Positions 12,657-24,980 of a stretch of 34,350 nt of DNA are shown here, piece by piece (positions within the stretch are counted from its first letter, which is position 1; each line of letters begins with the position of its first letter). The position numbers were made by a program, and so were the translations under genes. Under the pieces are notes generated by a model. The model was not told the origin of the DNA. It did not search any database and saw nothing but the letters and a program-made list of their open reading frames with translations. The DNA lies in NCBI GenBank assembly GCA_964016885.1, contig CAXHJY010001244.1, forward strand, positions 1 through 34,350. The letters are read 5' to 3'. The DNA is from Eledone cirrhosa (taxonomy: Eukaryota).

Positions 12657-13063
12657 ACGAAGAAGGGTTTCTCCATGCGTACAAAAGGTCGGTTATATGA
12701 TGCCTGTGTGAGGAGCGCGATGCTGCATGGTAGTGAGACATGGGCAGCAACTGCAGAGGATATGCGACGGCTGGAGAGAAACGAGGCAAGCATGCTCCGT
12801 TGGATGTGCAATGTCAATGTGCGTGAACGACCAAGCATGAATGTGTTGAGAGAGATACTGTGTCTGAGAGGGATAGAATGTAGTGTACAAGAGAGGAGAC
12901 TGCGGTGGTATGGACATGTGATGCACATGGAGGATGACCGATGGGTGAAGAAGTGCCAGGAAATGCCAGTTGAAGGAAGACGTGGTAGAGGTAGACCACG
13001 TAAAACATGGGCGGAGGTGGTGAGAGCAGACCTCAGATCACTGAAGCTCACAGTGGAGATGAC
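12657..13063 (+). mobile_element. RTE-clade LINE 3' ORF fragment
   Basis: KGRLYDACVRSAMLHGSETW, ERNEASMLRWMC, RRLRWYGHVM, GRRGRGRPRKTW. Confidence 0.92.
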
Positions 13064-13080
13064 GTATATATATATATATA

Positions 13081-13243
13081 TAATATGAATATATATGTAT
13101 GTATAATGCTCTCTGCTCTCTGTGGATAATATATATGTAGTGTTCTTTACGAGGGGTATATATACAGCAAGTGGTGTTTGTTGATGATATATATATATAT
13201 ATATATTATCATCATCATTTAACATCTTCTGATGATGATGATG

Positions 13244-13280
<37 letters not shown>

Positions 13281-13294
13281 TTCACAGATAGCAT

Positions 13295-13372
<78 letters not shown>

Positions 13373-13776
13373 AAACTATAATATACATATATATACATAT
13401 ATATAAAATATATATACATATATATAAAATATATATACATATATATAAATATATATGTAGATAAATCTACCAAGAGTTTACGGTAGTGTCCAATCTTTAT
13501 TTCTGAAGACGGCATATATATGAGTTGGTATGTATATTTAATTTTGATAGTTTGTATAATTTTGTATAATTTTGTACATAGATCTGTTAAATATACATGC
13601 CAATTCTAACACATATATATCCCAGAAACGATCGTTAAATAATGAACTTTTTTTGTTTAATATAAGGAACTGTTTCATTGTTTTATTCATTATTTTTTTA
13701 ATATTTTATACATATATATATATAATCTATATATACATATATATAATATATATGTACATATATATAATATATATAC

Positions 13777-13831
<55 letters not shown>

Positions 13832-14136
13832 TATATATATGTATATATATGTATATATATATTATATATATGTATATATATTTTATATATATGTATATAT
13901 ATGTATATTATACTTTTGTATATATATATATATATATATGTAATGCTATTTGTGAATGATATATATATATATATAAAATCATCATCATCATCAGCAGATG
14001 TTAAATGATGATGATAATATATATATATATCATCAACAAACACCACTTGCTGTATATATACCCCTCGTAAAGAACACTACATATATATTATCCACAGCGA
14101 GCAGAGAGCATTATACATACATATATATTCATATTA
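13081..14136. repeat. Long inverted duplication (arms ~13081-13456 and ~13840-14136) around a hammerhead-containing spacer
   Basis: Unique blocks (gctctctgctctctgtggataat, ctttacgaggggt, cagcaagtggtgtttg, cattcacagatagcattac) recur as reverse complements. Confidence 0.92.
13497..13642 (+). ncRNA. Type I hammerhead motif with 115-nt extended helix II
   Basis: uuauuu-CUGAAGA-[13510-13624; 13522-13541 pairs with 13587-13606]-GAAA-CGAUCG-UU-aaauaa. Palindromic ACGAUCGU; helix II base has mismatches. Confidence 0.7.
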
Positions 14137-14652
14137 TATATATATATATATATATATATCATCATCATCATTTTACGTCCGCTTTTCCCTGCTTGCAAGG
14201 GTGGGATGGGTCTTATATATATATATAAATATATATATATATAATTCTTAACTTCTCAGACACAATGGTTTATACTTTTGTATAAAGAAGCATTACATTT
14301 CATACCAACGTCAACTTTATGAAAGATACTTTCTGTCTGGCAGTCAGATTGAAAATGTTGTCATCAAATACACTAAATGACTTAGCTAATGTATCAGATA
14401 GACTGTAAAAGATGGACTGTATGAGAAACTGTATGGCAACCGTCCAATTTGGCAGTAAATCAAGAGGTTAACAGTTTGTAAACTTCACACTTGTCTCTGT
14501 GTATGGCATAGCACATAACATCCAACAATCCAGTTGACTCAATCAAGTAAATACTGTAAGGTGTCAATATGTCATCTGTCTAACAGATAGAATGATCCAC
14601 TCCATTAGCTCATGTTGTCTGTCTATTTAATGAGAAGATGCAGATAAATAAA

Positions 14653-15030
14653 CTTCTTCTTCGCCCACTTATTCCTGGAGGGGCGTCATGGGGGCAGAGT
14701 CCTCAAATGCTCCCTCCAGCGGGTCCTGTCAGAAGTAACCATCTCCAATTGATCTGGCTGGATCCCCAAACATGACCAGCCAAGCTCGTGGATGTTATCC
14801 AAACATCTTGCTCAGGGTCTACTCCTGGGTCTCCTACTGGTTTTGCCCATAAAATCTGTCCAGTGATTCTTTCCTGAGACATTCTAACCACATTCCCATA
14901 GTATTGCGAATACAAGCGGCCAAAAATGGGATTTCTCCGAAGAGTCTTTGGAGTCACGTTACTTGATAAAGTGCGTAGCTCGGAGATCCGAGAGTCACTT
15001 CAGGTAAAGCTGCTACTTCTCCAAATAAGT
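14653..15030 (-). mobile_element. RTE-clade LINE fragment with 5' inversion
   Basis: Minus 14653-14905 encodes YGNVVRMSQERITGQILWAKP...DRTRW and ends in (AAG)n. Plus 14906-15030 encodes RIQAA.MGFLRRVFGVTLLDKVRSSEIRESLQV.LLLQI. Confidence 0.85.
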
Positions 15031-15242
15031 CAACTTAAGGACCCTTAACTCCTGACAGTCCTACGCATGTCATTTTGACACACAACATGGCTTGGGCATT
15101 TTAAACTTGGCAGAGCTCATCCCTCACCAGATGGGGCCATTAGGAAAATAGTAACCCTTTCATTACCATGTTTCCAATGATAGACATTGCTTAGTGTTTT
15201 TTTTAATAATTTTGAAATTAATCAAAAATTTCAAGGTTTTCA

Positions 15243-15428
15243 GTTGGCAGTATCGGTAGAGGGTCGGACGATATGCTTTGACGCATAGAGTTACGGATCT
15301 TTCCATTCTGAGTTCAAATCCCGCCGAGGTCAACTTTGCCTTTCATCCTTACGGGGTCGATAAAATAAAGTACCAGTAATGTACTGGATAATTGCTGGCC
15401 TTGTGCCAAAAGTAGAAACAATTATTAT
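15243..15428 (+). mobile_element. tRNA-derived SINE family B
   Basis: A-box-like tggcagtatcgg, B-box gagttcaaatc, conserved gcctttcatccttacggggtcgataaa, (ATT) tail. Near-identical rc copy at 23943-24127. Confidence 0.88.
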
Positions 15429-17029
15429 TAAACTAGTGTTTTTGAGCATGTCTTAATGATTCTGACATAAAATTGTGATGGAAGATTTTTTGATGATTAG
15501 AAACATTCTAAAATATTGTTTTGAATCATAGTCACAGTAGTTTCAGGTGGTCTAGTGTGAATAATGTTAATTCTCAGTAAAACCATTTATAAGACCTCAA
15601 AAACTGGTGAAAAAGATGCAGTTATCGAATTGAGACCTGGCCTGAAGGCTTGCAACAGGGTAGACTCTTCTAAAAGCACATAAGAGCCAGGCGGTGTGTT
15701 AAATTGGGTGTCAGGTTAAGACACCCACTCAAGTGGGCCACAGCAGAATTTGAAATCAGAAAGAGACAAAAGAAATATTGCTTTGCATTGCATCTGATGC
15801 TCCAGCAATTCTGTCTGTCCACTGCTTTGGATGGATATTTTATTTATCAACCCCACAAAAATAAAGGGCAAAATTGACCCCAGCAGGATTTGAACTGAAA
15901 CCATAAAGAGCTGGAATAGATGCTTCAACACATTTTGTTTGACATTCTTACAAGTCTCTCAATTCCCCATCTCTAAAAGAATATTACTACATTGGGCAAC
16001 ATGCCTTTTCATTTGAGAAGGTAGGGTGTGATTTGGCTGTTATTTCTACCCAGTCAGGTCAAATATACATGTAAGAGTCTCTTCTCTCATTAGCTGTTGT
16101 ACTTATGCTGTAAATATATTTTGTAATTTATTTGATAGAAGAACATGTAAATATTCTTTGGAATTGCTGTGAATCTATTGGATTAAAACTGAATACCAAT
16201 AATGTTCCAGTTCTGTTATCGATTTTACTGATTATATCTATTTGATGATCAATTGAAAATTCATTCACTTTTATGTTGTTTTGTTTTTTTAAGAAAATTA
16301 CAGTGATCTTTTACTGATCAAAGTGAAATTGAGAAATATTGACAAGGTTAAGATTATTTGTGGAGATTTATTGTAAATGTGGATTATTGAGTGATGAGAG
16401 GGAGCTAGATATATAAATAGATATATGAATAGATATGAGTATAGACTGATTCATGTAATACATGGTTATATCATCAACATCATCATCACCAGTTAACATT
16501 TATTTTTCATGAGATGGGCTGTCATATACTGAGGTTAGGCACATCAGATGACTGTGTTTTGCTCCTATGTTCCATTCCTTCCTTGGTTTTCTATAACTGG
16601 ATGTCATTTCTAATCCCAAACATTCTATTGTATGTACTGAGAGCAATTTATCATGACTTCAGCACTACTACTGTCATTTGATGTAAATATGGATATTGAC
16701 TGGTGACAGGATATTGACTGGTGACAGGTGAGTATGTATATAGTTAGATATACATGGTTTTATTATGTCAAGTTTAGAGGGGGGTGAGGAGGATGAAGCG
16801 GGAGGGAACGGTTAAAAGAAAGAGGAGGAAAGTCAAGATGAGGAAGAGTCTGTGTGTGTGTGTGCTTGCGTGTGTGCATGTGCTTGTGTGTGTGTGTATG
16901 TGTTTGTGTGTGTATGTGCTTGTGTGTGTATGGGCGTGTGTATGTATAAATGTATGTTCATCAGGCTGTGTCAATGTGATTGTATATCTATGTGCATGTT
17001 TACATATGGCGTGCATGTCTAGATAAGTC

Positions 17030-17063
<34 letters not shown>

Positions 17064-17449
17064 AGTACAAGTGCATGTATACATGTGACTGTATAAACAT
17101 GCACATATATGAGTGAGCATGTGCATACCTGCAATCAAACCTCGCCAACCAACCCTTCCATCATGAAGACATTAGATAGTGTTACAGTAAAACAAAATCC
17201 TTTAATGATTATCACCATTTATGAAATCTATTCCAGTCACACTTCTACCAATTACTTATCAGGAATCCCAAGATATGGATGACAGATGGAAAATTCTGTT
17301 TTACTAACAAAATATATAGAAGGTATTACCAATATTCACTGGTATTTTATTTTACCAACCCAGCAGAACGAAAGACAAAGGAAACCTTAGCGGGATTTGA
17401 AATTAGACTGTAAAGAGCTGGAGCTAAATAACGTAAAGTATTTTAGCTA

Positions 17450-17588
17450 TTGTTGATGATGGTGATGGTAATGGTGATGGTGAAGACAAGGAGGAGGAGG
17501 ATAATGGTGATGGTAATAGTAATGATGGTGGTGGTGGTAATAGTAATGACGACGAGAAGGAGGAGGAAGATAATGATAGTGATGATGG

Positions 17589-17625
<37 letters not shown>

Positions 17626-17628
17626 AAT
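17450..17628. repeat. Trinucleotide (GAT/GGT/GAG) low-complexity repeat
   Basis: Direct reading. Confidence 0.9.
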
Positions 17629-18206
17629 AAAGAAAAAATATAAAATAAAATGACTGTTCAAGAGAATTCTTTTGAAAGTGTAATTGTCGAAAGTTAGCCA
17701 GTTGGCAATAAAATGTCAGGAAGTTGCATATTTAATATATTTATATATTTATATATATATTGCTATATTTCTCAATGAAATAAATACTGGGTTTAGTAAA
17801 GATATGTTTTAATAGAGATGTGTTTTAAACTATTTATGATTGGTTTTGTATACATGAGTTCCATAGTATTTATAATTGGTTTTGTATTCTTTGTCATATT
17901 ATGTTGTTGATGTTGATGTTGTTATTATTGTTGCTGATGTAAACTATCTTCAGTTCTCCATCATTTGTGAATTATTGGTTTGGAATGGTGACTCTTAAAA
18001 GACAGGCAGCCATTTGTTGAACATTAGACCAGAGTGAAAAAAAACCATTAAATCAAATATAGCGTTACATTTTCACACTCTCTCTCATCTGTATGATGAT
18101 GATGATGATGATGATATTATATATATACACACATATATATATATATATATTTCGTTTCTGAATTTGTTTAGCAAGATTCTTTATTTGAAAACGTCTGTTG
18201 AAACCG

Positions 18207-18584
18207 ATATTGTTATACTTTGGGAGGGTCATGTTGCCAATAAGAAACACACGCATAAATAAACAAACATAAACACACACAGAAACCCGGATGTAACACA
18301 TGCACAAACTAAGCACACAACACACACAAAAACAAGATGACATAGGACAGAACAAAGGAGAGGCACAAAAACAAAGAAAAGAATCCCCAGTCACTGAAGA
18401 GGTCACAGAATGTGTGACGAAAGAACTTTGACAATATATGAACAATCGTCTGGTTGTGGAACCAACCAACCGGAAATTTATAAATTCTTAAATTTATAAA
18501 TTTAATTTATAATAAATTGAAGTGAAAGCAACTGGTGCGTGTGTTTCTTATTGGCAACATGACCCTCCCAAAGCATAACAATAT
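18207..18584. mobile_element. Non-coding element with 49-bp inverted repeats enclosing a hammerhead
   Basis: 18207-18255 is rc of 18536-18584 (1 mismatch); (TA)n directly on the right, and ~55 bp away on the left. Confidence 0.8.
18390..18432 (+). ncRNA. Minimal type I hammerhead motif
   Basis: guca-CUGAAGA-g-gucaca-gaaug-ugugac-GAAA-G-aa-C-UU-ugac. Perfect 4-bp helix I and 6-bp helix II; weak helix III. Confidence 0.7.
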
Positions 18585-18883
18585 ATATATATATATATAT
18601 ATATATCATCACCATTACCATCATCACCATTTAACGTCCATCTTGCATGGGTCAGATGAGTTGTCTGTGTCGAGAGAAAAGTCTGGCCAGAATTGGCCAT
18701 GTTGTACCTTGCTCTGCCATGTCTGTAAATTTGGCCAGGGATTTTACAACTGGATGCCCTTCCTAACACCAACCACATTTACAGTGTGGAACTGGATGGC
18801 ACCGTTATGAGGAGGGACAGGCTGAACCCTTCTCACAGTGGAACCATAGTTTGGGACCCGCATATATATATATATATATGAAT

Positions 18884-19222
18884 GGATGCACATGGCTTAG
18901 TGGTTAGAGCATTGGGCTTGCAATCGAAAGGTTGTGAGTTCAATTCTCAGACCGGCTGATGTGTTGTTTCCTTGAGCAAGACACTTTATTTCACATTGCT
19001 CCAGTTTACTCAGCTGTAGAAATGAGATGATAGGGGATGGAGTCCTTATCATTCCACTGTAAAGTGGTCGTGGAGGTGCCACGGCAAAAAAAGCACCCAG
19101 CACTCACTGTAAATGAGGTTGGTGTTAGGAAGGGCATCCAGCTGTAGAAATCAAGCCAGAATCAGTTCCCATCCCACCCTTGCAAGCAGGGAAAAGCAGA
19201 CTTAAAATGATGATAATGATGA
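18884..19222 (+). mobile_element. Full-length tRNA-derived CORE-type SINE family A with RTE-like tail
   Basis: A box tggcttagtgg (18893), B box gagttcaattc (18936), CORE-like ccttgagcaagacacttt, tail gttaggaagggcatccagctgtagaa...(GAT)n. Confidence 0.9.
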
Positions 19223-19636
19223 TATGTATATAGGAAGGTAAAAACCTGACCACGATGCCTAGTGATCTAGTTTTTACCTTCTTCATTACTCACTTTGCTT
19301 TTTCCCAAGCATAGAGTACTCCCCCACATTTGTGGTCTACCCAGTCTCAGCACTGCACATTTTATATATATATATGTCAAGCATACAGGGTGGACTGGGT
19401 TCATTTCATGCCGTGGCAGCAGTATTATGGGAGATCAGATGTGGAGCATGCCCAGATTTCCATGCTTGGGTTGGGCAGGAGAAGTGTATAAAGAGTGAGG
19501 AATGAGGGTTGATGGGGAAAAGTAAGCAAATTGGACATTGAAGAGGAGAGTGAAATAATTATCTGGTAATGGGGGCTATATTAAAACTAGTGAGGGTGAA
19601 TTGTGGTATTAATATAAATATATATATATGCATGTA

Positions 19637-19850
<214 letters not shown>

Positions 19851-19909
19851 TATATTTACATATATTATTCAAAATATTAACAAATGAAAAATATTCTCAT
19901 AGTCAAAAT

Positions 19910-19981
19910 ATATACTTTATTATATATATTTCAGAGGTACTGTGTTGTTTTTTCAGTACATCCTCATCAGACAAAATATAT
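19910..19981 (-). ncRNA. Type I hammerhead ribozyme motif
   Basis: Minus: uauauuuugu-CUGAUGA-ggauguacug-loop-caguaccucu-GAAA-UAUAUA-UA-auaaaguaua. 10-11-bp helix I, 9/10-bp helix II, AUA site. Confidence 0.8.
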
Positions 19982-20028
19982 GATTTGATATATGACATAC
20001 CGCTACGGTCTTGATTGTTCAATTCCAG

Positions 20029-20095
<67 letters not shown>

Positions 20096-20100
<5 letters not shown>

Positions 20101-20293
20101 TAAATGTTCAAGACCCCGACGGAGCAGAGCTCAAGCTGTTTCAACGGCTATTTCAGTCCAGAAATAGCCGTCAAAACGGCTTGAGCTCTGCTCCATCGGG
20201 GTCTCAAACATTTTCCTATTACCCTCTCTACTACCCTAAGTATTGAGTACTCTGGTGCGTTATGGTCCACCTGGTTCCTTACCACACTTCCTT

Positions 20294-20299
<6 letters not shown>
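20096..20299. mobile_element. Foldback element in (TA)n, same family as 12455-12645
   Basis: Inverted repeat 20096-20219 centred on ctatttc-agtcca-gaaatag, plus arm with taagtattgagtactctggtg. Confidence 0.75.
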
Positions 20300-20388
<89 letters not shown>

Positions 20389-20759
20389 CCAAGAGAGAAA
20401 AAGGAAAAAATAAATTAATTTTTATCATTGATATACACGTTAGTCTCAGATATCTCAATTTCTAGATCAGAGAAGTATCTAGACACAGTTTAAGTTATAC
20501 CAAAGTCTCCGAAAAGGGGAGGGGCGAAGTAGGCCAAACTAACTAATACAAGAGAATTTGTCATTTTGTCCTTGAAACACTAATATTTATCTTTGTAATC
20601 ATACTACATACACGTGTTCCTAGATACCATGCTACATTGATAAAGATAAGGTAGATAGATGGATAGACTGATGCATATATATGTATGTATATATTCTTTT
20701 TTTGCCTATTTCATAATAGTAGCATATATATATATATATTTATGTATATGTAAGTCCTC

Positions 20760-21070
20760 ATGTAGGTGTCACGATAAAAAGCACCCAGTCCAGACTATAA
20801 AGTGGTTGTGTAGGTGTTACTACAAAAAGCATCCAGTCCACACTGTAAAGTGGTGATGTAGGAGTTTCAACAAAAGGCACCCGGTCCACACTTTAAAGTG
20901 CTCATGTAGATGACATGGTAAAAAACACCCAGTCCACACTCTGTAAATGTGCTTGATGTTAGGAAGGGCATCCAGCCGTAGAAACCAAGCCAAAATCAGT
21001 TCTGTGTGGGCGAATCACAGCCCATCCTATCCATGCTAGCATGGGACATGGACATTAATTGATGATGATG

Positions 21071-21072
<2 letters not shown>
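20760..21072 (+). mobile_element. 3' part of SINE A-like element with four tandem ~47-bp internal units
   Basis: gtaggtg..aaaaagcacccagtccacactgtaaagtgg x4, then gttaggaagggcatccagccgtagaaacc...(GAT)n. Confidence 0.8.
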
Positions 21073-21123
<51 letters not shown>

Positions 21124-21261
21124 TATACAGTCCAAATATGTGCAGTAGAGTGGACTCAATTAAAGGTAATCCATTGTCTGAAGGTGGTGTTAAGCTGGGT
21201 GACCAATTAAGTCAACAAACGGTTACAATATAGGATTTGAATCCTCCTCCTCCTCCTCCTA

Positions 21262-21375
21262 GTTCTTCTTCTTCACCTATTTATTCCTAGGAGAGTCATG
21301 AGGGCAAAGTCCCCAAGTACTCCTTCCTGAGGGTCCTGTCAGAAGCAACTTTCTCCAAATACTTCTGACAAGACC
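21262..21375 (-). mobile_element. Short RTE 3' end, same family as 14653-14760, flanked by long direct repeat
   Basis: Homology to 14653-14750. gctgggtgaccaattaagtcaacaaac at 21194 and 21377. Confidence 0.75.
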
Positions 21376-21627
21376 TGCTGGGTGACCAATTAAGTCAACA
21401 AACAGCTTCAAAAGGATTTGAACTCAGAAAGCAAAGAACCAGAAGTAATTCCACAAGCAGGCAGGATAGAACAAGACATCTCATCTGACACTAATATCTC
21501 TCTCAAATTGATGTTTCTTTTCGTTTTATTTTATTTCAATTCCTTTGCTGTTTTTACTAGCAACTCTCACAGGTACAGCCTGTCAATACAGGGTTTTAAT
21601 ATATATCTTTCTACATGTTAAATAGGA

Positions 21628-21690
<63 letters not shown>

Positions 21691-22149
21691 TACAAACACA
21701 CATATATACACACACATATATACACACACACATACACACACACACATATATACACACACACATATACACACATACATATATATATATTCACACACACACA
21801 CACACATATATATATTCACACACATACACATATATATATATACACACACATACACATATATATATACACACACAGAGACACATATATATAGAGAGAGGCA
21901 CATATATATATACAAACAGAGACACATACATATATATATATAATATGTCTCTTCCTACATGTTAAATAGAAATATCAAATTTAAGGTGCTTCTGAAATAC
22001 ACCAAGCGTTTTTTGTAACATATTTTTCTTATTTTATATTCAGATGGTTACATACAGCTTGACAACCTGCCTTTCATAGTTGAGATCAGTCTGTGTGGTT
22101 CCTGTTTGAATTAATAATAGAATTTGGTGCTATACTTGCTTATATATAT

Positions 22150-22214
<65 letters not shown>

Positions 22215-22317
22215 TATACATATTTATATATATATACACACACATACACATACACATATATACATATATATATACATATACATATTTATATATACACATA
22301 CACATACATATACACAC

Positions 22318-22348
<31 letters not shown>

Positions 22349-22358
22349 CATACACATG

Positions 22359-22393
<35 letters not shown>

Positions 22394-22418
22394 TTATATA
22401 TATATACATACACATACA

Positions 22419-22451
<33 letters not shown>

Positions 22452-22465
22452 GCATATACATATAC

Positions 22466-22514
<49 letters not shown>

Positions 22515-22649
22515 TATACACATACATATACATATATATGTGCACATACACATACATATATATGTGCACATACATATACATATATATGTGCACATACATA
22601 TATATATACATATACATATTTATATATACACATACACATACATATACAC

Positions 22650-22706
<57 letters not shown>

Positions 22707-22710
22707 CACA

Positions 22711-22747
<37 letters not shown>

Positions 22748-22815
22748 TTATATATATATACATACACATACATATATATATATATACATATATATATATA
22801 TGCATATACATATAC

Positions 22816-22898
<83 letters not shown>

Positions 22899-23040
22899 TA
22901 TACACATACATATACATATATATGTGCACATACACATACATATACACATACATATATACATATATATATGCACATACACATATACACACACATATATATA
23001 TATATACTCACACACACACACATATACATGTGTGTGTGTG
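21628..23040. repeat. Compound (TA)/(CA)/(TACA) microsatellite tracts (21628-21945, 22140-23040)
   Basis: Direct reading; long ORFs here are artefacts. Confidence 0.95.
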
Positions 23041-23942
23041 AGTATGAAGAGACCACTGGGACATATTTGTGTTTTTCTTGCATAACATCTTGTGTTATAT
23101 AATTTCCCAACAAGCAGCACCATTTCTTGGAAAATAATTCTACATCTATCCAGCATCCACTGGGTATATCCTTTGAAAGTATCTTCACATAGAAATCAAT
23201 ATGTTATAGTTCAATCTCTAAACACCAAATTGTTTATTGAAGGTTTAAGTTGAAGCAAAGGCAGTGTTGATATATTTTCCAGCTAAATATATTGAAGCAA
23301 AAACATTTAGAATGCTGTAGGATACAACAGTTATATGTATTGACCTATAACACCTGGTGAACCTGTATGGATGGCATTAGGATATACAGCATTTTGGGGG
23401 GCATTTTTAACCTGGTGTAGCCTATCCCCTCTCCAGGTCTGAATATAGCTGATTCCTTCCAGAGGAGGAGTGAGAATGATAGAGAAAGAGTGAGAAAGGG
23501 GACATCAATGACAAATCAACCTCAGTACTGGACTGCTACTTTTTTCACTGACCATAAAATGATGTTGGTGGGATTTGAACTCACAGTGTAGAAATCCAGA
23601 ACAAATACCACAAAGAATTCTATCCAACATTCTAACATCTTAGGATACAATAATTGATAAACACACAAAGCAATGAACATTTCTTTTGTTTCAACTTCAT
23701 ATTGGGCCAAGACAGAAGGACAGACAATTACAGACAAACACAGACAAACAGACAGATAGATGGACAAACAGAGACAGAGAGACAGACAGCTGAACAGGCA
23801 GAGAGATGAACAGATGGGGGTGGGGGGGGGAAGAGATAGACAGACATAAATATTCCTGTTGATAGAAAAATATGATCCAAATTAAAGGCAATGTTACCTG
23901 TACATTTCTCAAAAGGTATTTAACTGATAGAAATATATATAT

Positions 23943-24127
23943 ACAATAATTGTTTCTACTTTAGGCACAAGGCCAGCAATTACCCAGTACATTACTGGTA
24001 CTTTATTTTATCGACCCCGTAAGGATGAAAGGCAAAGTCAACCTTGGCGGGATTTGAACTCAGATCGTAAAGGGACGTAACTATGCTGGAAAGCATGGCG
24101 TCCGACCCTCTACCGATACTGCCAATC
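23943..24127 (-). mobile_element. tRNA-derived SINE family B
   Basis: Reverse complement of 15243-15428. Confidence 0.88.
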
Positions 24128-24385
24128 CAAAATAATAAAGATGTGCCATTACCTGTACATTTTTCAAAAGGTAAGTCAATCCCATTCATGCTTTGTTTCA
24201 ATGAAAGTTTGCAGTGTATGTCACAGTTTTTGTTGTTATATAAGACAATATTTTTGTGAGCTGTACAGCCAACTATGACATCACCTAAATTAATATATGA
24301 TGATTCAACCTGAAATTAAATGAACATAAAAATATAAAATATGAACACATAGATAAGAAAGCAGGGAAGTTATTTCAGGAACAAA

Positions 24386-24472
24386 ACATTTGTACATTAT
24401 TTTATGTACTATACATGCACCTTTGATGAGTTGTAGTGCACCTGAGTACTGTACACAATAATTTCCATTATT
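24386..24472 (+). mobile_element. Second copy of CR1/L2-like 3' tail
   Basis: Matches 8444-8530. Confidence 0.6.
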
Positions 24473-24851
24473 AACTGAAATAAAAAGTATACAATATTAG
24501 TTTAATGCTAGAAGAGAGATAAAGAACAACATGTCTTCCATGTTTCAGGCTGTTTGTTGATTTTTAAAGAAATGTAGAGAAGAAAAGAGAAAAGAAAACA
24601 AGAACAAACATGGAAGGGGGAGGAAAAAGGTTTTGTGGAATGAAATTTCCTGTCTAATTTGTTTCATGGTATGCTGTGGTCTTGCTAGCTGTGGCCAGAG
24701 CAACAGCAGTAGCGGTGTCACTACCGTTAGACCCCAGACAGCTAGCCACTGCTGCCATCCTGTTGAATAATTAGCAGTAAGCTTAATTCTCACATGTGAA
24801 TACCAATATCGACCCCCAAAACTTAGAAGTATGCTTGTTATTTTGGGATTC

Positions 24852-24980
24852 CTCTTATTGAACTAACTTGCTGATGAGGGCTAATAGTCCAACATTTGTT
24901 GATTATTGGTTTACCATTAACCAATGATTAGAAGATTTCCTAATTGGCCTGAAACAGTACTGTACAGGCATATTGAAGAG
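24852..24980 (+). ncRNA. Type I hammerhead motif with 73-nt extended helix II
   Basis: cucuu..cuug-CUGAUGA-gggcuaau...auuggccu-GAAA-CAGUACUG-UA-cagg..aagag. Palindromic ACAGUACUGU; apical hairpin ugauuauugguu/aaccaaugauua. Confidence 0.8.

Noticed and set aside
14240-14600. Unique sequence with possible short exons on either strand
   Set aside because: Short frames, no recognisable homology; needs RNA-seq or BLASTX
18893-18955. tRNA-like A/B boxes
   Set aside because: Head of a SINE continuing into CORE and tail regions, not a tRNA gene
20760-20950. Regularly spaced ~47-bp repeats resembling a CRISPR array
   Set aside because: Contiguous tandem units of a SINE internal repeat; no unique spacers or cas genes, eukaryotic context
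22030-22110. Acceptor ttttatattcag followed by [16 protein letters not shown]
   Set aside because: No convincing donor or protein family; unsupported without transcripts
23893-24174. Direct repeat ttacctgtacattt.tcaaaaggta around SINE B
   Set aside because: Not flush with the SINE ends, so not a clean TSD; likely an older local duplication
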